Assembly: GCA_963790475.1 (NCBI GenBank)
Contig: CAWBOS010000012.1
Coordinates: 640,001 to 704,000 of the forward strand
From: an uncultured delta proteobacterium
GTDB lineage: Bacteria > Desulfobacterota > RBG-13-43-22
Length of the DNA stretch: 64,000 nucleotides
Direction: 5' to 3'
The first letter of the stretch is position 1; each line of letters opens with the position of its first letter. Below are positions 58,721-64,000 of the stretch, piece by piece. The notes under the pieces were generated by a model. That model made no database searches and was not told where the DNA came from. It saw only the letters and a program-made list of their open reading frames with translations. The translations under genes were made by a program, and so were the position numbers.

Positions 58721-60391
58721 ATGCTGAGAAGACCGGAAGCACTGGCAGATCATACATGGGATGTCCTGGTTATAGGAGGAGGTATCCTCGGGGCGGCCAT
58801 AGTTCATGAGGCGACGGAAAGGGGTTTTAAGTCAGCCCTCATCGAGAAAGGAGATTTTGGGGAGGCCACGTCGTCCAATAGCTTAAAGACGATTCACGGA
58901 GGTCTGCGTTATTTGCAGCAGGCCGATCTGAGACGCAGCAGGCAATCCATCCGAGCCCGAAGAAAATTTATGGCCTTTGCCCCTCACCTGGTTCTTCCTC
59001 AACCCTTTTTAATCCCGGTTTACGGACACGGGATCAAGGGTAAAGAAGTCATAACCGCGGGTCTGATGATAAATGATTTATTAAGCTGGGATCGGAACCA
59101 AAATCTTCCGGAAGAAAATTTTCTTCCCAGAGGAAGGCTTGTTTCCCGAAAAGACTGTTTAGGCATAATCCCGGATATTGAAAAACAGGGACTCACAGGC
59201 GGTGCCCTGTGGTACGACGGACAGGCTCAACATACGGAGCGATTGACCTTGGAATTTATCCTGGCAGCTTCGGAAAAAGGGGCCAGCGTTGCTAATTATG
59301 TTCTTGCCAAGGACCTAGTCATAGAGCAAGGAACGGTTAAAGGGGTTAAGGCAAAAGAGATTTTTTCAAAGGCGGAATTTCTCATACGAGCCGGGATAGT
59401 GATCAACGCCTCGGGCCCCTGGCTTAGGGAGATATGGCAACCTTTAACCCAATCTCCTAAGCCATCCATGAGTTGGGTCAAGGGAATGAATTTGATTATC
59501 CATAAAACCCTCTTTCAGAATTATGGGGTAGGCCTGCAGGAAAACAAAAAGGCTGCCTCCGGGAAAGGATCACGTTTTTTCTTATTTATCCCTTGGCACG
59601 GACAGACGATGATAGGGACCGCCTATAACCGTTACGTTGGAGACCCGAATCTTGCCCGACTGGAAGAAAAAGAGGTTGCCGATTTCTTAGAAGAGATCAA
59701 CACCATTTACCCTCCTGCCCGGTTGACGATGAATGATGTTTCCTTTGTCCATTTTGGTCTTCAGCCGGTTTCCGAGGGTCAGGATGAATATGATGCCCAT
59801 CCCGAACCGGACCGGTATTCTGAGATCTTTGATCATGGATCTCTGGCCGGTGTTAAAGGTTTGATCTCTGTCAAAAGCACTAAATATACCACCGCCCCGG
59901 TGGTGGCTGAAAAAGTCCTGGATCTTGTTACAGCTAAAGGGAGTTTACCGGCCGGCCCTGCTTTGCAGCCCACGGAACTTTCTCCATATAAAAAAACATC
60001 GCTTGAAGGGGAGATAGGCAAACTGGTCTTCAAGGATCAAGCCGATTATAGCGGTTTGCTGGCCGATCATTTTTGGCAAAACTACGGCCCTCGAAGCAAA
60101 AATATTTTTGATTTGATCCGCCGTGATCCGGAAGCCCTTCAACTCATCTCGAGGCGTCCCTTGGTGACCATCGGTGAGGTGCTCTATGGGATACGGGAAG
60201 AAATGGCCTTGAAATTATCCGACATCGTTTGCCGGCGGACCAACCTGTCCCAGACCGGTTGTCCGACTCAAGAAAACCTTGAAAAGGTTGCCGCCATAAT
60301 GTCCCGAGAATTAGGATGGGATGAACCTCGCCGGCAACAGGAAATAGATTTGGTATTACAGGCCTATCGGCCTTTCAGGAAAACGGCATGA
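58721..60391 (+). CDS. Glycerol-3-phosphate dehydrogenase/oxidase-family (GlpD-like) flavoprotein
   Basis: DVLVIGGGILG, DFGEATSSNSLKTIHGGLRYL, VINASGPW, KYTTAP, EMALKLSDIVCRRT. Confidence 0.88.
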   Translation: MLRRPEALADHTWDVLVIGGGILGAAIVHEATERGFKSALIEKGDFGEATSSNSLKTIHGGLRYLQQADLRRSRQSIRARRKFMAFAPHLVLPQPFLIPVYGHGIKGKEVITAGLMINDLLSWDRNQNLPEENFLPRGRLVSRKDCLGIIPDIEKQGLTGGALWYDGQAQHTERLTLEFILAASEKGASVANYVLAKDLVIEQGTVKGVKAKEIFSKAEFLIRAGIVINASGPWLREIWQPLTQSPKPSMSWVKGMNLIIHKTLFQNYGVGLQENKKAASGKGSRFFLFIPWHGQTMIGTAYNRYVGDPNLARLEEKEVADFLEEINTIYPPARLTMNDVSFVHFGLQPVSEGQDEYDAHPEPDRYSEIFDHGSLAGVKGLISVKSTKYTTAPVVAEKVLDLVTAKGSLPAGPALQPTELSPYKKTSLEGEIGKLVFKDQADYSGLLADHFWQNYGPRSKNIFDLIRRDPEALQLISRRPLVTIGEVLYGIREEMALKLSDIVCRRTNLSQTGCPTQENLEKVAAIMSRELGWDEPRRQQEIDLVLQAYRPFRKTA

Positions 60392-61122
60392 ACCCTGAGA
60401 CTTTTGGAAATCCAATCGAATTTGCCGATGTCGAAACCTCATCGGAAGGTTATGCCCGGCGGTTTTCCGGGTCGGTGGGAGAATTTTTTTTAGCCCTCCA
60501 GACTCAAATCGTTCTGAAATTATTGAAACCCTGGCCCGGGTCCCGAGTCCTGGATATCGGAGGGGGACACGGACAACTTGCCCGGCCTTTGGTGGAGGCC
60601 GGTTATGAGGTAACGGTGGCCGGGAGTCATCCGGCCTGCCAGGATCGTTTGAATCGCCTGCTGCCTCCGAACTCCTTTGATTTTGTTGTCGGAGACCTTT
60701 TATCCCTCCCTTTGTCGGAGAGCAGTTTCGATATCGTTCTTTCCTTCCGCCTGTTGCCGCATGTGGAAGCCTGGCCAAAGTTGGTCGCCGAATGTTGCCG
60801 TCTGTCTAAAAAGGCCGTGATCGTCGATTACCCTGATATCCGCAGCATCAATATTTTTTCCAAGCTTTTTTTTCAGCTCAAAAAGGCCGTAGAAAAAAAC
60901 ACCCGGCCTTTCAGCTGCTTCAGCCGTCAGGAGCTCAGGGAGGAATTTGCCAGGCACCACTTTGGCCATCCCTTATTCCGGCCGGAATTTTTTATTCCCA
61001 TGGCCCTCCATCGGGCCTTGAAAAGCGGAGTCTTGTCCAAAGGATTGGAAACGGTTTGCCGGGGGGCTGGCCTGACGCGTCTTCTGGGTTCGCCGGTTAT
61101 TCTCAGAGTGACTCGGGAATGA
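60388..61122 (+). CDS. Class I SAM-dependent methyltransferase
   Basis: VLDIGGGHGQ, SFDIVLSFRLLPHV; ATGA coupling to both neighbours. Confidence 0.85.
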   Translation: MNPETFGNPIEFADVETSSEGYARRFSGSVGEFFLALQTQIVLKLLKPWPGSRVLDIGGGHGQLARPLVEAGYEVTVAGSHPACQDRLNRLLPPNSFDFVVGDLLSLPLSESSFDIVLSFRLLPHVEAWPKLVAECCRLSKKAVIVDYPDIRSINIFSKLFFQLKKAVEKNTRPFSCFSRQELREEFARHHFGHPLFRPEFFIPMALHRALKSGVLSKGLETVCRGAGLTRLLGSPVILRVTRE

Positions 61123-62306
61123 ATATATTATTATTAGCGGCCTGTCCATTTTTTCAAAATCGGGGGACACCGATTGCCATTAAATTAGCGGCCGAGGTCC
61201 TGGCCGGAGCGGGGCATCGCCTTCATATCCTGACCTACCCCGAAGGAGAACCGGTGCCGATTCCCAATGGGACCATGACCAGGATTTCGGCCTTGCCCGG
61301 GGTAAAAAACATCAAGCCCGGACCCTCCTGGAAAAAATTGGTTTATGACCTGGTCATGTTCTTTAGGGTCTTCGGCCTAATCAAGAAAAATCGTTTTGAT
61401 ATCATTCATGCCGTGGAAGAAACGGCCTTCATGGCCCTGGTCATGAAAAAAATATTTCGGATTCCTTTTGTCTATGACCTGGATTCTTCCCTGTCCCAGC
61501 AGATTTCCGAAAAATATGCTTTTTTAAAGCCCCTTAAATCGATTATGCATTTTTTTGAAAAAAAAGCGATCCAGGAAAGTGCCGGTGCCATTGCCGTTTG
61601 CAAGGCCCTGGAAGAGGAGGTCAGACAATACCGGCCTGATAAATTAATTTGCCGGCTGGAGGACATCACCCTCCTTCCGGAGCGCGAAGGGGAAGAGGAC
61701 CATTCCCGCCCGGAGGCTTTCCCGGAACCGGTGATCATGTATGTCGGCAACCTTGAAAAATACCAGGGGATTGATTTGCTTCTGGAAGGTTTTCAAAAGG
61801 CTTTACCGCGAGTGGGGGATGCCCTATTGGTAATCATTGGCGGGGGTGAATCGGAAATCAAACATTATCAGAAACGTGTAGAGGAATTGGGGATGGGGGA
61901 AAGGGTCGTCTTCCTCGGACCAAAGCCTATTTCAGAACTTTCCTACTGGCTGGCCCAGGCCCGGATACTAGTCTCTCCCCGAACGCAGGGGAATAATACG
62001 CCTATGAAAATTTTTTCTTATCTGGATTCCGGAAAACCGGTCCTGGCCACCCGTCTTCCGACCCACACCCAAGTTTTGGATGACGAAATTTCTTGTCTGG
62101 TCGATCCCACGTCAGAGGATATGGCCGAGGGTATGGCGATTTTGATGGAAAACGCTTCACTGAGGGACAAGCTTTCTATGGCGGCTAAAAAGCGAGTTCA
62201 GGAAGAATATTGTTTTGAAGCCTTCCAAAAGAAACTGGTTCATTTTTATAACCAGTTGGAGGCGAGTTTATTAAATTCTCCCTCCCCACGGCCCTCCCGC
62301 TTTTGA
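61119..62306 (+). CDS. GT4 family glycosyltransferase
   Basis: MNILLLAACPFF start at the ATGA overlap; YVGNLEKYQGIDLL; PMKIFSYLDSGKPVLAT. Confidence 0.9.
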   Translation: MNILLLAACPFFQNRGTPIAIKLAAEVLAGAGHRLHILTYPEGEPVPIPNGTMTRISALPGVKNIKPGPSWKKLVYDLVMFFRVFGLIKKNRFDIIHAVEETAFMALVMKKIFRIPFVYDLDSSLSQQISEKYAFLKPLKSIMHFFEKKAIQESAGAIAVCKALEEEVRQYRPDKLICRLEDITLLPEREGEEDHSRPEAFPEPVIMYVGNLEKYQGIDLLLEGFQKALPRVGDALLVIIGGGESEIKHYQKRVEELGMGERVVFLGPKPISELSYWLAQARILVSPRTQGNNTPMKIFSYLDSGKPVLATRLPTHTQVLDDEISCLVDPTSEDMAEGMAILMENASLRDKLSMAAKKRVQEEYCFEAFQKKLVHFYNQLEASLLNSPSPRPSRF

Positions 62307-62450
62307 AGGAGCAGGTAAGGGTGGAGGGTGAGCATATTTTTTCCAGTAGTGAAGTTATATCAAGGGTCTCAAAACGAGCTCTTTATTTGAATATCAAGAA
62401 TATTATGAGATCCTTTTATTTAATTTAAAAGAAGGAGAGGAAGGCAATCC

Positions 62451-63434
62451 ATGCGGGTTTTAGTAACCGGAGGAACAGGTTTTACCGGAAAGGCCCTGGT
62501 CAAAAGGCTCATCGAGGAAGGTCACCAGGTAACGGCCCTGGATTATAAAGAAGGACTGAAAACCGAAGAACTGCGAAAATGGGGTGCCGAAGTCGTTATC
62601 GGCAGTGTCACCGACAAAGCGGTGGTTGAAAAAAGCATTCAAGGGGCGGAGGTGGTGCACCATCTGGCGGCTGCTTTTCGGGAATTAAATGTGCCTGACA
62701 GCTATTATCGTGAGGTCAATGTGGGGGGGACCTCCAACGTCCTGGAAGCGGCCTTTCGCCAGGGGGTTAAAAAATTTATTTATTGCAGCACCTGCGGGGT
62801 CCATGGAAATATCGATCATCCCCCCGGTGGTGAGGATGCCCCGATCCAACCGGCAGATTATTACCAGACCACCAAGTTCGAGGCTGAACCTGTGGTCGGG
62901 GAATATTTCAAGAGGGGGTTGAAGACCGTCATTCTCAGGCCGGCGGCCATTTATGGCCCCGGGGATCCGGAACGGTTTTATATGATCTATAAAAAAGTGG
63001 CCAAAGGAAGCTTCCCCATGTTCGGAAAAGGGAAGACCTATTATCATCCGCTTTACATCGAAAATTTGGTTGATGCCTTTATGCTTTGTATGGAGGAAGG
63101 CAAAGGAGACGGACAGGCTTATCTGATTGCCGATGAGCAATACCTGGAAATAGAGGATCTGGTCCGAAAAGTCGGCCATTCTTTAGGAATTGAAGTCAAG
63201 ATCAACCATTATCCGATTATTCCTCTGATCATTGCCGGTCACCTATTTGAGAAACTCTACAAACCCTTTGGCGCCACTCCACCCATTTTTCCCCGTCGGG
63301 TGGATTGGTATCGTCAAAACAGGGCCTTCAATATAAACAAAGCCAAGAGGGAGTTGGGATATCTGCCTAAAGTCGGGATTGAGGAAGGATTAAGGCTGAC
63401 TGCTGGATGGTATAAAAAGGAAGGGTATCTGTAA
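62451..63434 (+). CDS. NAD-dependent epimerase/dehydratase
   Basis: VLVTGGTGFTG, HLAA, YQTTKFEAE (YxxxK), LRPAAIYGPGD. Confidence 0.92.
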   Translation: MRVLVTGGTGFTGKALVKRLIEEGHQVTALDYKEGLKTEELRKWGAEVVIGSVTDKAVVEKSIQGAEVVHHLAAAFRELNVPDSYYREVNVGGTSNVLEAAFRQGVKKFIYCSTCGVHGNIDHPPGGEDAPIQPADYYQTTKFEAEPVVGEYFKRGLKTVILRPAAIYGPGDPERFYMIYKKVAKGSFPMFGKGKTYYHPLYIENLVDAFMLCMEEGKGDGQAYLIADEQYLEIEDLVRKVGHSLGIEVKINHYPIIPLIIAGHLFEKLYKPFGATPPIFPRRVDWYRQNRAFNINKAKRELGYLPKVGIEEGLRLTAGWYKKEGYL

Positions 63435-63592
63435 CAGAATCGAGAAGCCGGAATCCAGAAGGCAGAATAGAAAAGACGTTATTTTTAAGATTGTCTTTTT
63501 TGCTCGGGATCAGGACTTGATTAGGATAAATTTTATTCGACCAACGCTGGACGCTCAACGCCGAACGTTTTTTAAACTGAAGGAGCAGCATT

Positions 63593-64000
63593 GTGTGCGG
63601 GATTTTGGGATTTAACTGGCCGGATCGCTCTCTGGGAGAGCGTCTGTGCCAAATATTAAAACACCGGGGACCGGATCAGGAAGGGGTTTTCAGCGAACCG
63701 GGGATTACCCTGGGATTTCGCCGGCTGTCCATCATTGACCTGTCCGAACAGGGCAGTCAGCCCATGCCTAATGAAGATGGGACCATTCAACTGGTTTTTA
63801 ACGGAGAAATCTATAATTTTTTAGAACTTCGTCAGGAATTGGAAAATAAAGGGCATCGGTTCCGAAGCAAAGCGGATTCCGAGGTCATTGTCCATGCCTA
63901 TGAGGAATGGGCCGAGGGGTGTCTCGACCGGCTCCAAGGCATGTTTGCCATCGGGCTTTGGGATCAAAAAGAACAGAGACTCTTTCTGGCCCGGGACCGG
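63593..64000 (+). CDS. asnB: Asparagine synthase (glutamine-hydrolysing) family amidotransferase, 3'-truncated by window
   Basis: AGGAG RBS and GTG start: MCGILGF...HRGPD...RRLSIIDL...QPM...FNGEIYNF...LARDR. Not in the ORF track. Confidence 0.9.
   Translation, partial: MCGILGFNWPDRSLGERLCQILKHRGPDQEGVFSEPGITLGFRRLSIIDLSEQGSQPMPNEDGTIQLVFNGEIYNFLELRQELENKGHRFRSKADSEVIVHAYEEWAEGCLDRLQGMFAIGLWDQKEQRLFLARDR

Overview
Bacterial chromosomal window, about 43-46% GC by eye; gene content and repeat style suggest Desulfobacterota/deltaproteobacteria (inference only). A short signalling segment (1-5040) holds a degenerate kinase tail, a receiver protein, a PilV-like prepilin, a hybrid PAS kinase and a DUF218 protein. 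The rest is a cell-surface glycosylation island. Its core (5.2-47.2 kb) encodes about ten polytopic GT-C-type (ArnT/PMT-like) glycosyltransferases from four subfamilies, most fused to extracytoplasmic carbohydrate-binding-like domains. Five are co-oriented paralogs with a GT-C + discoidin (F5/8 type C) architecture. Interspersed are a GH99-type lipoprotein, SGNH proteins, OpgC, a five-gene operon that probably makes a lipid-linked sugar donor, and several lipoproteins with Ser/Gly/Thr-rich tethers. The right end (50.8-64 kb) is a glycan-tailoring block: SAM and B12 radical-SAM methyltransferases, an acyltransferase, a flippase-like protein, a GlpD-like oxidoreductase, GT4, an epimerase and AsnB. 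The island shows heavy gene turnover: several pseudogenes and gene scars, a duplicated promoter, an intact two-ORF IS4-family element (28-bp perfect TIRs, 10-bp TSD), two IS200-type relics and MITE-like palindromes. No rRNA, tRNA or CRISPR array was seen. All family assignments come from motif recognition by eye, not database searches.
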